From Vulcanimicrobiota bacterium (GTDB lineage Bacteria; Vulcanimicrobiota; Vulcanimicrobiia; Vulcanimicrobiales; Vulcanimicrobiaceae), in NCBI GenBank assembly GCA_963833095.1, contig CAWHWQ010000005.1, forward strand, positions 512,001 to 576,000: 64,000 nucleotides of DNA. Direction: 5' to 3'. Below the pieces are notes generated by a model. The model worked only from the letters and a program-made list of their open reading frames with translations, had not been told where the DNA came from and did not search any database. Below are positions 23,218-33,425 of the stretch, one piece after another. The position numbers and the translations under genes were made by a program. How positions within the stretch are numbered: position 1 is the first letter of the stretch; each line of letters opens with the position of its first letter.

Positions 23218-23922
23218 ATGCGCCGCCGTGGACCACGCGTCAACCTGGCCATCTACGGGCAAGCGTTCGTCCACCTCGTGCGCCATCCGTCGATTCTCGC
23301 GTTGCCGCTGCTGGCCGCGATCATCGACATGTTTACGTCATATTGGCAGACGCTCTTTACCGATCCGCTTGGAGGGTACGGCGGAGGGCTGTTCCAGTTT
23401 GTTCTTCAGATTCTGTATTTGTTCGCGTTCGGCGGTGCGGTCATCCAAGCCAACAATATCGCGCGCGGCTACCGCGCCGGCTTCGATGACGCGTGGGAAG
23501 AGACACGGCGAAAGGCCGGCGGTATTCTGATGGCCGCGCTTGGGTTTCAGTTTGTCATCTACGCCGCGCAGTATATCGGCGGTCTGCTCGGCAGCGGGTT
23601 GCTGCAAACCGGACTGCAGCTCCTCGCGTACTTCTTCTTGATTCTCACGATCCCAGCGGCCGCGATCGGTGGACTCCCGGGAGGCCTCGCGCTTTCGGGT
23701 TCGATTCGGGCGGTGCGCGCCAACCCACTCGCATGCGTGATCCTCGCAGTCGTCTTTATCGCTCTCTGGGTTTTTGCCCCGGCGTTCCTTCTTGCGCCAC
23801 TCGCACAATATGGCGTGATCGCCTCACTCATCGGCGTCGCGCTCTTGCGCGCAGTCGTCCTCGCGTATCTCGCGTTTCCGTTTGCCGTAACCTACGACGA
23901 AACCGCGTTTCGCGGTTACTAA
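23218..23922 (+). CDS. Hypothetical integral membrane protein
   Basis: About 6 hydrophobic segments; co-oriented and adjacent to mtnP. Confidence 0.75.
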   Translation: MRRRGPRVNLAIYGQAFVHLVRHPSILALPLLAAIIDMFTSYWQTLFTDPLGGYGGGLFQFVLQILYLFAFGGAVIQANNIARGYRAGFDDAWEETRRKAGGILMAALGFQFVIYAAQYIGGLLGSGLLQTGLQLLAYFFLILTIPAAAIGGLPGGLALSGSIRAVRANPLACVILAVVFIALWVFAPAFLLAPLAQYGVIASLIGVALLRAVVLAYLAFPFAVTYDETAFRGY

Positions 23923-24926
23923 GCTTTTCCAGTCAGCGCCATGCGCACCAGTTCGCTCACCATCGTTGGGCTGACGTTCGTGCGCGCGAGGCGCTGCGCG
24001 TCGTCGAGCTTGCCGAACATTGCGATCGATTCTGCCGGCGGCAGCGCCGGTAGCGCGCGCAAGTCGTCCGCATAGTCCACGCTCATTACGGTTGCCCGAT
24101 CGCCCGCGCAGGCCAATGCCGTCCAGTCACGCGCAAGTGTCTTAATGAGCTCTAAGCCTTCATCGAGCGTTTCTCGACTCGCCCAGCCCTCCTCGGGCGT
24201 CTCGCCGCGCGTCACGGCAAAGAACCACGTCGCAATCTGCGACCGCAACGTCTCATCATCGCCCCCAAGCGCGGAAAGGGCGCGTGTAACGCTTCCTTGA
24301 CCTAGCGACGCGCCGAGATGCGCACGTTCCTGATCGTATCCAAGCTTAAGCAAAATCTCGCGCACTTGGCTCTGCGCGAGCGACGGGAAGCGCAGCTCGA
24401 TCACGCGCGAACGGATCGTCGGCAAGAGGCGCCCGGGTGTCGGCGAGGTGAGGATCAGCACGACGCCGCGCGGCGGTTCTTCGAAGAACTTGAGCAGCGC
24501 GTTTGCCGCGTGATGCGTAGCAAAGTCGATATCGCCGAGCAGCAAGACCCGCATGCCGCCGCTGTATGACTGCATCGAGAGCTGGCGCACCAGATCGCGT
24601 GCAGTGAGGTCCTCGCCCTCATAGAAGCCCATCGCCGCGTCGGCGTCACCGATCTTGAGAATACCGATGTGCTCGAGAAAATCCGGATGGCGGCCGCCTT
24701 CGCTTGCAAAGAGCCGGCACGACGCGCAGGTGCCATCGTACCCAAGGACTCCCTCCTTGCGCGCCTCGCAAAGCAGCGATTGGGCAAGACGTCGTGCGAA
24801 GAATTTTTTACCCACGCCGGGCGGCCCGCTGAAGAGATATGCGTGCGCGAGCGACGCAGGCGTCAGCCGGCCAAAATAGGTCTTTGGTCCCTCGGCTCCG
24901 ATGACGTCGAACTGCAGGTCGCTCAC
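23919..24926 (-). CDS. holB: DNA polymerase III delta' subunit
   Basis: HAYLFSGPPGVGK, HPDF, AANALLKFFEEPP, LLPTIRSR; follows tmk. Confidence 0.9.
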   Translation of the reverse strand: MSDLQFDVIGAEGPKTYFGRLTPASLAHAYLFSGPPGVGKKFFARRLAQSLLCEARKEGVLGYDGTCASCRLFASEGGRHPDFLEHIGILKIGDADAAMGFYEGEDLTARDLVRQLSMQSYSGGMRVLLLGDIDFATHHAANALLKFFEEPPRGVVLILTSPTPGRLLPTIRSRVIELRFPSLAQSQVREILLKLGYDQERAHLGASLGQGSVTRALSALGGDDETLRSQIATWFFAVTRGETPEEGWASRETLDEGLELIKTLARDWTALACAGDRATVMSVDYADDLRALPALPPAESIAMFGKLDDAQRLARTNVSPTMVSELVRMALTGKA

Positions 24927-25537
24927 CCGAGAACACCGACGAGCACTGCGAACGTCTGCGCGATCAACTCCTCTTCGGGCTTGGTCGCGTCAAGTACACG
25001 ATAGCGCGGCGACTGTCGCGCGAGATCGAGAAAACCGCGGCGCACGCGTTCGTAAAAACCGGGATCTTCGCGTTCCATGCGATCGCCGGCGCCCCCGTCG
25101 CGCGAAGCCACACGTTCACGCGAAACCGCGACCGGCAGGTCGAGTACGAAGGTCAAATTCGGAATCAGACCGCCGCTGGCCGTATCGCAAAGCTCTTGCA
25201 AGAATGCAAGCTCGATCCCGCGCCCATAGCCCTGGTAGGCCAGGGTCGAGTCGACGAAGCGGTCGCAGAGGACGATTGCGCCGCCGCGGAGAGCCGGTTC
25301 GATCAGCTCGACCACGTGCTGCGCGCGCGCAGCATTGATGAGCAGCGCTTCGGTCAACGGAGCCACCGCCAAGCCCGGCTCGAGGAAGATTTGACGGATC
25401 GCGTCTCCCGCCGGCGTCCCCCCCGGCTCGCGGGTCACGATGGTTTCTTTGCCCGTAGCGCGTAATCGTTCGGAAAGGCCGGCCACGAGCGTACTCTTGC
25501 CGCAGCCTTCAATGCCTTCAACCGTGATAAATGGCAC
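24923..25537 (-). CDS. tmk: Thymidylate kinase
   Basis: FITVEGIEGCGKST, TREPGG, CDRFVDSTLAYQG. Confidence 0.96.
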   Translation of the reverse strand: MPFITVEGIEGCGKSTLVAGLSERLRATGKETIVTREPGGTPAGDAIRQIFLEPGLAVAPLTEALLINAARAQHVVELIEPALRGGAIVLCDRFVDSTLAYQGYGRGIELAFLQELCDTASGGLIPNLTFVLDLPVAVSRERVASRDGGAGDRMEREDPGFYERVRRGFLDLARQSPRYRVLDATKPEEELIAQTFAVLVGVLG

Positions 25538-25565
25538 GGTATGTTATTCGACGGAGCGGCTTTGT

Positions 25566-26255
25566 ATGTCATCTCCCAGCTCCATGTTCGGCGATCTCAT
25601 CGAGTGGTTTCTCGGGCGCGCCGGCGACCGGCGCCAGTATAAGCGTAAACCTGGTGCTTACCACATGTGGTATCAGCCGAATGCCAACGACCCCAACTTG
25701 CTCAAATCGGGTGTAGGCCTCGAGATCTCGCCGAATGGCGCAATGTTCATCCTGCAGGAACCCGTCGCGGCGAACTCCTTTAATATCATCGCTCGCGTGC
25801 GGGAGCGCAACATTCCGCTCCGTGTCAAACATGTGCGTTCGGATCAGGTGCAGCACCAAGGCGGAAAGTGGCACCGGTACATGTGCGAATTCGTGGGAAT
25901 CGCCGCCGACGATTGGGATGCGATCGTTCGCTACGTCAACGATGAACCTGAAAGCGACCGGCGCAAGATGCAGAATCAGGAGCCCAGCGAGAAAGTTGAC
26001 GACGCCTATCGCCTGCTGCCGCTAGCGCTGCAACAAAAGATCATGGGGATGCTGGTAGCGCAGAACAAACTCGAGCAGCCGAAACCCGGCCAGACGCCGC
26101 TGCTCAAGCTGTTTTACGGTGGCCTCGTGAACCGTCCGGGACAAAAGCCGGCGCACCGTTTCAACGTCCACAGTCGCATCAAACGCGGCGATGAAATGCT
26201 TGCCTTCGACACTCGATTTTTAGTGGGCGAAGACGGCGAGATCACCGCTCTCTAG
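25566..26255 (+). CDS. PilZ-like domain protein with unknown C-terminal domain
   Basis: RRQYKR followed by EISPNG resembles PilZ RxxxR and (D/N)xSxxG. Confidence 0.6.
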   Translation: MSSPSSMFGDLIEWFLGRAGDRRQYKRKPGAYHMWYQPNANDPNLLKSGVGLEISPNGAMFILQEPVAANSFNIIARVRERNIPLRVKHVRSDQVQHQGGKWHRYMCEFVGIAADDWDAIVRYVNDEPESDRRKMQNQEPSEKVDDAYRLLPLALQQKIMGMLVAQNKLEQPKPGQTPLLKLFYGGLVNRPGQKPAHRFNVHSRIKRGDEMLAFDTRFLVGEDGEITAL

Positions 26256-26271
26256 CCGGAACTTGTAAATC

Positions 26272-26907
26272 GTGCATAGTGCAGCGATCCTCTTACTTGT
26301 GCTCCTCAAGGGTGAACCGTTGGCAGGGCGCTGCGCAACGTTCGTTCGTGACACCCGCACATTCGCCAATGTCCGCAGCGCTCCGAATGGCGCGCCCCTA
26401 CGAGCGCTGCCCAACGATACCGAAGTGCACGTCGACGAGGATCGCGGCGGCTGGTTGCACATATCGGCTCCGGTGCCCGGCTGGATTTACGTGTCCGCTA
26501 CCGTGGTCTACTGTGGGTCAAAAAGTCTCGACGACCAACATGCGGTCATGCCCGCTCTTGACAAGCTCGGCGCGCGGGCGCAAGAAGACCAACGCGCTGC
26601 CGATATGCTTATGCGCTATCAGGTGTTCGGAGCGGCAGATGGATACGCGGGCGAAACCGCCAGCGATGCTCTCGCGGCGCTGATGTCGGCGAACCCAAAA
26701 CTTCTGATCTCGGTCTTGGACCAACTGCCCGAGACCAAGCGCGAAGATCTCCTACGGGGTCTGGTCTTGACCGGGTCCGGGAACGTCATGCGAGTCCATG
26801 CGTTCGATAAGGCCGTCGCCGCTGAACCCTCGCATCCAACCTCGGCCACATGGAGAAAGCTCCAGCGGAAATGCGGGCAGAATCTGGGCCGACTGCCCAA
26901 TTGCTGA
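26272..26907 (+). CDS. Exported SH3b-like domain protein
   Basis: Hydrophobic N-terminus; ANVRSAPNG...GWLHI...GWIY pattern. Confidence 0.6.
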   Translation: MHSAAILLLVLLKGEPLAGRCATFVRDTRTFANVRSAPNGAPLRALPNDTEVHVDEDRGGWLHISAPVPGWIYVSATVVYCGSKSLDDQHAVMPALDKLGARAQEDQRAADMLMRYQVFGAADGYAGETASDALAALMSANPKLLISVLDQLPETKREDLLRGLVLTGSGNVMRVHAFDKAVAAEPSHPTSATWRKLQRKCGQNLGRLPNC

Positions 26908-26970
26908 CAAGCGCGAGCGAAGGCGCGCGACTGTAGTGAGCAAAGCTTTAGCTTTGATCGATAAAGTCTG

Positions 26971-28518
26971 CTAGTCTGCTATTTTAAAGATTCTTACGCG
27001 GCGATTTGGTTCGAGGCCGGTGCTGCGCGACTGCAAGCGATATTTCTCTGCCAGCTGATGCTGCATGCGCCGTACGTACGACGTTTGCGGTGAAAGCTCC
27101 ATCGCCTGATTGGTGAGTAGGACCTGATAAACGGCTTCCTCGGCTTCACGCAGCGCAATCTCTTCGTGATCGATTGAACCCAGATTAAAGACGTCGCGAA
27201 GCGCACTTTGGATTTGCGTCGTCGTGTTCGTCTTAATCGAATAGATCGGCACGTTGTCCGAGGCGATCTGCTTGAGCTTGGGCTGGCCTTTGCGCTCGAG
27301 CGTCTTGAGCGTCAGCACGACGTCGGCATCGTCCCAATTGCGGGCAATCGACGCATTGATGCGCAGGTTGTGGACCGCGCGCTCGATCTTGTTGCGCGAG
27401 ACACCGTAGGGGAAAATCAAGAGAGGCTTGTCCACCGACTCATCGTGCTGCTCGTGATGGTGATGCTCGAGCGACTCGGTGAGCTGCGGCATCGTCTCGG
27501 TGTCGGCTTCTTGCACGATCGCCACGTCACCGCTGGCCGTGCGCTGGCGGATCTCAGGCTGCGGCTGGTAACCGCGAAGAAGCGCGTCGACGACTTCAGC
27601 GACATTTTTGTGGATCGCGAGACGATCGCGATCCTGAATCTCGACGAGCAAGTCAAACGTCGGCGGCGCCTTGCGTTCCAGGACCGTCTTGCGTGTGCCG
27701 CGACGGCGCGCTTCCTCGTCCGAGAGCGTCACCGCGCTAATGCCGCCGAGCAAATCCGAGAGCGTCGGATTCATTAACAGATTTTCGAGCGTCTGCCCGT
27801 GGGCCGTGCCGATGAGCGTCACGCCGCGTTCGGCGATCGTCCGAGCTGCGCCGGCTTCCATTTCGGTCCCGATTTCATCGATGACGATCACTTCGGGCAT
27901 GTGATTTTCCACCGCCTCGATCATCACCGCGTGCTGCAGCGCTGGATCGGCGACCTGCATGCGACGCGCCAGGCCGATCCCCGGATGCGGGATATCCGAA
28001 TCGCCGGCGATTTCATTCGACGTATCGACGATCACGACGCGCTTACGATCTTCAGAAAGAATGCGCGCGCATTCGCGCAGCATCGTCGTCTTGCCGACGC
28101 CCGGACGCCCGAGCAAGCAAATCGACTTGCCGCTGCGCAGCACATCGAGCAAAATGTCGATCGTACCATACACGGCGCGACCGACACGGCAGGTTAGCCC
28201 GACGATCTTGCCTTGACGATTGCGGATCGCGCTGATGCGATGCAACGTCTGCTCGATCCCCGCGCGGTTGTCGGGCCCGAAATGCGAAATTCGCGAACAG
28301 ACATGCCCGATGTCCTCGTTGGTGACCGGCGTCTCGGAGAGATATCGAAAGTCGTTGGCAAATCGAGCCTCGGGCGGACGGCCCAAGTCGAGCACGACTT
28401 CGATGATGTCTTCGAGATTGTGGAGCCGCACCAGCGACTGGCGGATGGGGAGTGGGAAGATGTCGAGGAGCTGTGAGAGTTCCCAGCTCGGGGAAACGGA
28501 CTGCGCTTTAACGGCCAA
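26971..28518 (-). CDS. Ycf45/SpoIIIAA-like AAA ATPase with C-terminal R3H domain
   Basis: GRPGVGKTT, VDTSNEI, ENHMPEVIVIDEIG, GTAHG; C-terminal RRMQH..SRSTG.EPNRRV; TTG start with GGAGG RBS. Confidence 0.9.
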   Translation of the reverse strand: MAVKAQSVSPSWELSQLLDIFPLPIRQSLVRLHNLEDIIEVVLDLGRPPEARFANDFRYLSETPVTNEDIGHVCSRISHFGPDNRAGIEQTLHRISAIRNRQGKIVGLTCRVGRAVYGTIDILLDVLRSGKSICLLGRPGVGKTTMLRECARILSEDRKRVVIVDTSNEIAGDSDIPHPGIGLARRMQVADPALQHAVMIEAVENHMPEVIVIDEIGTEMEAGAARTIAERGVTLIGTAHGQTLENLLMNPTLSDLLGGISAVTLSDEEARRRGTRKTVLERKAPPTFDLLVEIQDRDRLAIHKNVAEVVDALLRGYQPQPEIRQRTASGDVAIVQEADTETMPQLTESLEHHHHEQHDESVDKPLLIFPYGVSRNKIERAVHNLRINASIARNWDDADVVLTLKTLERKGQPKLKQIASDNVPIYSIKTNTTTQIQSALRDVFNLGSIDHEEIALREAEEAVYQVLLTNQAMELSPQTSYVRRMQHQLAEKYRLQSRSTGLEPNRRVRIFKIAD

Positions 28519-28545
28519 CGCGTTCCTCGCCTCCAAGGGTGACAG

Positions 28546-28610
28546 GGTTCGCCCGGCCTCCGGCCGGACGCGCATCCTGCGCTTCGAACCTTGATCCGCA
28601 TCGTGCGGAT
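28546..28610. repeat. Structured element, GGTTCG/CGAACC family, copy in the leader of the AAA-R3H gene
   Basis: GGTTCG..CGAACC encloses CCGGCC-TCC-GGCCGG and GCGCA-TCC-TGCGC, then TTG and ATCCGCA-TCG-TGCGGAT. Confidence 0.75.
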
Positions 28611-28697
28611 TGTTGTGAGTAGTTACCCACAGCCAGGTAGTCGCCCTCCCATATCTTGGGTCGGGTGGCTAAGCAACCACTAGGGAGCGGGTTTTTC

Positions 28698-29081
28698 CTA
28701 ACTTCCTTGATGCGCCTTGAAGGTGTAGATCCGTCCGCTGGCGGTCGCAGTCCCACTGAACCACTGGCCGTTGAGCGTCCCGCGGAACGAAAGCGGTCCG
28801 ATGAGCAGCGTGGCGTGGCCGGATGCGTCGACACCGCCGGTGATCGGCACGTTTCGCCGCCGGTAAAGTGGGCCGCCCGGCTTGAGCGAGGTATCGCTAT
28901 AGGTCCCGCTGATGGTTCCGTGGTTGAAATTCAGTTTCATACTGCCCGAATACGGTTGCGCGTTCGAATTCGCCGGCGTAAACGCGACAACATACGAAAC
29001 GTTGTGGGCGACCGTCGGCGTAGCCATCGCAAACGTCAGCGCTAATGATGCGACCGCCAGGCAGCGCAGTAAAGCAATCAT
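28698..29081 (-). CDS. Small secreted hypothetical protein
   Basis: Signal peptide; Gly/Ser/Thr-rich beta-type sequence. Confidence 0.65.
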   Translation of the reverse strand: MIALLRCLAVASLALTFAMATPTVAHNVSYVVAFTPANSNAQPYSGSMKLNFNHGTISGTYSDTSLKPGGPLYRRRNVPITGGVDASGHATLLIGPLSFRGTLNGQWFSGTATASGRIYTFKAHQGS

Positions 29082-29097
29082 GGCGCTATCCTACACC

Positions 29098-30693
29098 TTA
29101 TTCGGCGACAACGCGAATCGTGCGCAATAGGTCATCGTTGGGTCCCTGAATACGCACCCCGGCTTTGAGTTCGAGCCGCAAGTAGTCGATGAGGTCGGGA
29201 GTGATCTCCTCGCCCGGTGAGAGCACGGGGATGCCGGGCGGGTAGGGCGAGATGGTTTCGGCGCAAATGCGTCCGGCGGACTTACGAAAGTCGACGAACT
29301 CCGTGTTCGCCAGGAACGCGTCACGCGGCAGCATGCGCATCGGCGGAATCTGCGGCATTTTATAAGTACCGCGCTTGAGCCGCTGCTCGAGAATACCCGA
29401 GGGCGCAAACATGTCGAGCGGACGATCTTCGCGCGCCATCTCTTCGAATGCGGTGATTAGACGTTCCGCCGCTTCGCGCGTCGTCCCAATGGTAAACAGT
29501 GCGACGACGTTAAACAAGTCCGCCAGTTCGACTTGAATGTTGTAGCGTTTACGAAGAAGTTCGGAAGCTTCGTAGCCGGTGTAGCCGAGCCCAGTCACGC
29601 GCACCGTCATCTTGGTCGGGTCCAAATCGAAGACACCCTCGCGGCCTTGAATCTCTTCGCCAAATGAATACAGGCCCTCAATCTCGTTGAGCCGGCGGCG
29701 CGTCTCTTGCGCAAGGTCGATCGTTTGCGAGAGGAGCGCGGCGCCTTGCGTCGCCATCTGCATGCGCGCTACGTCGAGCGATGCGACCATCGGCAGATTG
29801 GGTGAGGTCGAGAGAAACATCTTGAGGACGGCTTTGAGGCGATCCAGACGCACGCGATCGCCGATCTGATGCAGCATCGCGCACTGCGAAAATGCCGAGA
29901 GCATTTTGTGCGTGGAGTTGATCGACAGATCCGCGCCGGCTTGCGTTGCCGAAATCGGCAAGGCCGGATGAAACTGAAAGTGCGGTCCCCACGCCTCGTC
30001 GACCAGCAAGAGCATACCCGCGTCGTGGGTGATGCGTGCGATCGATTCGAGATCAGCTGCAACGCCATAATACGTAGGCGAAACAATGTAGATCGCTTTG
30101 AGATCCGGGTGCTCGGCAATCGTGCGCGCTACCGTTTCAGGCGTCACCGAGTTGTCCATGTGCATCTCTTGATCGACCGCGGGCTGCATGTAGATCGGAT
30201 GCGCCCCGCTCATGACGAGCCCACCAAGCATCGACTTATGCGAGTTGCGCGGGACCGCGATCTTCTCACCAGGATTCAGCGCGGCCATCATCATGCACTG
30301 ATTGCCGCTAGTCGAGCCGTTGATCAAGAAAAAAGTGTGATCGGCGCCATACGCCTCGGCGGCGAGTTCTTGCGCCTCTTTGATCGATTCGGTCGGCTGC
30401 AAGAGATCGTCGATGCCGGGCATCGGCGTGAGATCGATCGCCAAGATATTGTCGCCGACGAATTCGCGGAACGACAGTTCGGTGCCGCGCCCCTGCATGT
30501 GACCGGGCGTATGAAACGGCAGCACGCCCGAATCAACGTATTCGAGCAACGCTTGAAAATACGGGGTCTTGGTCTGGTCCTTTGGAGGGCGCGCCGGCCG
30601 AGCCTCCGCGCCCCCCGCGCTTTGCGCGGCCCCCCCGATTCCGGGCGCGCTCTTGAAACTGCCAAGCTTAAAACTCCCCGAGGGCGCGCCCAA
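29098..30693 (-). CDS. PLP-dependent Orn/Lys/Arg decarboxylase
   Basis: FHTPGH, FLINGSTSGN, PRNSHKS, VDEAWG, STHK, SPYPPGIP. Confidence 0.92.
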   Translation of the reverse strand: MGAPSGSFKLGSFKSAPGIGGAAQSAGGAEARPARPPKDQTKTPYFQALLEYVDSGVLPFHTPGHMQGRGTELSFREFVGDNILAIDLTPMPGIDDLLQPTESIKEAQELAAEAYGADHTFFLINGSTSGNQCMMMAALNPGEKIAVPRNSHKSMLGGLVMSGAHPIYMQPAVDQEMHMDNSVTPETVARTIAEHPDLKAIYIVSPTYYGVAADLESIARITHDAGMLLLVDEAWGPHFQFHPALPISATQAGADLSINSTHKMLSAFSQCAMLHQIGDRVRLDRLKAVLKMFLSTSPNLPMVASLDVARMQMATQGAALLSQTIDLAQETRRRLNEIEGLYSFGEEIQGREGVFDLDPTKMTVRVTGLGYTGYEASELLRKRYNIQVELADLFNVVALFTIGTTREAAERLITAFEEMAREDRPLDMFAPSGILEQRLKRGTYKMPQIPPMRMLPRDAFLANTEFVDFRKSAGRICAETISPYPPGIPVLSPGEEITPDLIDYLRLELKAGVRIQGPNDDLLRTIRVVAE

Positions 30694-30701
30694 ACGACGT
30701 T

Positions 30702-31688
30702 TTAAGCAAGAACTTCGAAGCCGAGCCGTTCGAGCATCGCGAAGTCATCTTGATCGCTGCGACCGCCGGTCGTCAAGTAGTTTCCAAGCACGATGCCGCT
30801 CGCGCCGCTGCGCATGCCCAGATCTTGTAGGCCTTGCAGCGTAATCTCGCGGCCTCCGGCAAAGCGTACGAGCGCGCGCGGGAGCGCCAGACGCGCCATC
30901 GCCACGAAGCGCAGCGCCTCAACCGGTTCGACCAAAGAGCGATCTTGGAACGGCGTGCCCGGCCGCGGATTAAGAAAGTTTATCGGCACCTCTTCGGGCG
31001 CGAGCTCCGCAAGCGTACAGAGAAAGTCAATCCGATCGTCAAGGGTCTCTCCCATGCCGATGATGCCGCCGCAGCAGACCTCGAGTCCGGCACTACGCAC
31101 CAGCTGCAATGTCTCCATTCGCTCGTCGAACGTGTGCGTGGTGCACACCGACGGAAAATAACGCCGCGAGGTTTCGAGGTTGTGATTGACCTTGTCGACT
31201 CCGGCCGCAACGAGTTGCGCGACTTGGTCCTCACGCAGGATGCCGAGTGAGACCGCGACTTTGAGGGGCAGCTCGCTCTTGATCGCGCGCACCGATTCGC
31301 ACACGCGCTCGAGCAGCCGCGTCGAGGGACCGCGCACCGCGACAACGATGCAGAATTCACCGGCGCCGCGCTCGTACGCGTCGCGCGCCGCGGCGACGAA
31401 GCTTTCAACGCTCGAGAGTGTTTCAGGCTCGACATCGCTTGCAAAACGCGCGCTCTGCGAGCAAAAATGACAATCCTCCGAACACCCGCCCTTCTTGGCG
31501 TTGTAGAGCACCTCGACCGCGATTCCATTGCCGCAACTTGCGGCGCGCACGTCATCGGCGAGGGTCAGCAGATCCGGAACGTCCTCATCCGGAAGCTGCG
31601 CAAGCGATTCGAGCAGCGCTCGATCGGCGGGAAGTCCGCGGCTCAGAACACGCTCACGCGCGTTCGCAATGGTCGAGTGCAAGGGCAT
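30702..31688 (-). CDS. bioB: Biotin synthase
   Basis: CSEDCHFCSQS, NHNLETS, CCGGIIGMGE, GNYLTT. Confidence 0.95.
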   Translation of the reverse strand: MPLHSTIANARERVLSRGLPADRALLESLAQLPDEDVPDLLTLADDVRAASCGNGIAVEVLYNAKKGGCSEDCHFCSQSARFASDVEPETLSSVESFVAAARDAYERGAGEFCIVVAVRGPSTRLLERVCESVRAIKSELPLKVAVSLGILREDQVAQLVAAGVDKVNHNLETSRRYFPSVCTTHTFDERMETLQLVRSAGLEVCCGGIIGMGETLDDRIDFLCTLAELAPEEVPINFLNPRPGTPFQDRSLVEPVEALRFVAMARLALPRALVRFAGGREITLQGLQDLGMRSGASGIVLGNYLTTGGRSDQDDFAMLERLGFEVLA

Positions 31689-31695
31689 CCTCGTG

Positions 31696-32343
31696 CTAGG
31701 TAAAGTATGGTGCGAAGATCTGCGCGCCGGTCTTTACCGAAGCAGCCTCGTCTTCGTCAAACGGCAGAATGCCAAGAATCTTGACCTTTCCCTGCAGCGT
31801 CCGCTCGACGTCGGCACGATAGTGATCCTCGGTCGGTCCCCAGCGCTCGACCAGCACCGCGCCCACGAGCCTGATCCCCGCCTGCTGGCACTGGTTAGCT
31901 GTTAGCAACGCATGATTGACGCAGCCGAGCTTGAGGCCAATCGCAAGCACCGTGTCGAACGCACCGAGAACCGCGATGTTCCCGAAATGCTCCCGAGCAT
32001 TGAGCGGTACCATCAATCCGCCCGCTCCTTCGGTGACGAGACCATTCTCGATGTGCGCAACCGCCTCAACCAGTTCGCTTGCATGGACTTCGGGTTGGCC
32101 CGACGCAAGCGCAGCCGACCACGGGTCCGCCGCTTTCTCGAAGCGCGCAAGTTCGAGCGAACGCACCCCCGAAAGCTTAGCCGCGCGCGCGGCGTCACCG
32201 GGGATGCCCGGCGCAAGCCCGGTCTGGACGAACTTTACGATCGTTGGCGTGATACCGGCGTTCTTGAGCGCAAGCGCGAGCGATGCGGTGACCCGCGTCT
32301 TTCCGACGTCGGTGTCGGTACCGGTTACGAAGTAACGATGCAT
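31696..32343 (-). CDS. bioD: Dethiobiotin synthase
   Basis: FVTGTDTDVGKT, EGAGGLMVP, LGCVNHALLT. Confidence 0.95.
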   Translation of the reverse strand: MHRYFVTGTDTDVGKTRVTASLALALKNAGITPTIVKFVQTGLAPGIPGDAARAAKLSGVRSLELARFEKAADPWSAALASGQPEVHASELVEAVAHIENGLVTEGAGGLMVPLNAREHFGNIAVLGAFDTVLAIGLKLGCVNHALLTANQCQQAGIRLVGAVLVERWGPTEDHYRADVERTLQGKVKILGILPFDEDEAASVKTGAQIFAPYFT

Positions 32344-33425
32344 CTTGCCAGTCCTTGTACCAGCAGGTCGATATGTTCCCGCTGATGATCGGCCCGCACC
32401 GAAAGCCGTAGCCGCGAACTGCCCGGCGGAACCGTCGGCGGCCGGATCGCCGGCGCGTAGATTCTCATACTTTCGAGCTTGCGCGCGGCCTCGACCGCTC
32501 GCTCCTCGCTTCCGAGAACGACCGGCACGATCGGCGAGGGATCGTCGATCGCCGGAAAGCCCAGCGAGCCCAGGCCATCGCGCAGGCGTCGAACATTATC
32601 ATGCAGTTGTCCGCGCGCGGCATCGGCAGTGCGAATGAGCGCAAGCGCAACGCGCGACGCGAGCGCGAGCGCCGGAGGCATCGCCGTATCAAAAATAAAC
32701 GGGCGCGCCCGGTTGACGAGCAAGTCGATCAGCGTTGCAGGCCCGGCAATGAAGCCGCCCTGCGCGCCGAACGCTTTCGAAAGCGTGCCCATCACGACGA
32801 CTCGCGGATCGGCGAACGCTCGCGCCCGGCCGGCTCCGCCGGGACCCGTAACGCCGAGGGCGTGCGCTTCGTCGATCAAGAGCACGTCGTCATCGCCGAG
32901 GTCGGCAACCATGCTCTCGAGATCGACCGCGTCGCCGTCCATGCCGAAGATCGACTCGGTAACGATCAACGCATTGCTGCGGCGCTGAGCTCGCGGCGGA
33001 AGTGCGGCGTGGTCGTAGACGATTCGCTCGATGCGCGTAGCGCGAATCCCGTCGATCAAAGAAGCATGATTCAAGCGGTCGGAATAGATCCGCTCGACCG
33101 TGTGCGCAAGTACTGCGATCGCGCCGAGCGCGGCGTGGTAGCCGGAAGAAAAAAGCAGTACGCGTTCGCGACCGAGCCAGGCCGCCAGTTCTTCTTCGAG
33201 CAGCGAATGCTCGCGATGACTTCCGCCTAAGAGGCGCGCGCCTCCCGAGCCCACGCGCGTCGCGCGGCGAAACGCCTCGACGACCTGTGGATTCGTCGCG
33301 AGCGCCAGATAGTCGTTCGATGAAAAGTCAAGCGCGCCGGCCAAGCTGTGCGTGCGCACCTCCCGGTACCGCCCCTGCGCTCGAATCTCATCCAGCAACA
33401 CCGCGGCGCGGTCCAAATACGTCAA
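32325..33425 (-). CDS. bioF: 8-amino-7-oxononanoate synthase
   Basis: FSSNDYL, NHASLIDG, DEAH, GTLSKAFG, AIRPPTVP. Confidence 0.95.
   Translation of the reverse strand: MTYLDRAAVLLDEIRAQGRYREVRTHSLAGALDFSSNDYLALATNPQVVEAFRRATRVGSGGARLLGGSHREHSLLEEELAAWLGRERVLLFSSGYHAALGAIAVLAHTVERIYSDRLNHASLIDGIRATRIERIVYDHAALPPRAQRRSNALIVTESIFGMDGDAVDLESMVADLGDDDVLLIDEAHALGVTGPGGAGRARAFADPRVVVMGTLSKAFGAQGGFIAGPATLIDLLVNRARPFIFDTAMPPALALASRVALALIRTADAARGQLHDNVRRLRDGLGSLGFPAIDDPSPIVPVVLGSEERAVEAARKLESMRIYAPAIRPPTVPPGSSRLRLSVRADHQREHIDLLVQGLARCIVTS

Noticed and set aside
26908..26970. Further GA-ladder element between convergent genes
   Set aside because: Only a short CAAAGCT/AGCTTTG hairpin and weak GA similarity; support is insufficient
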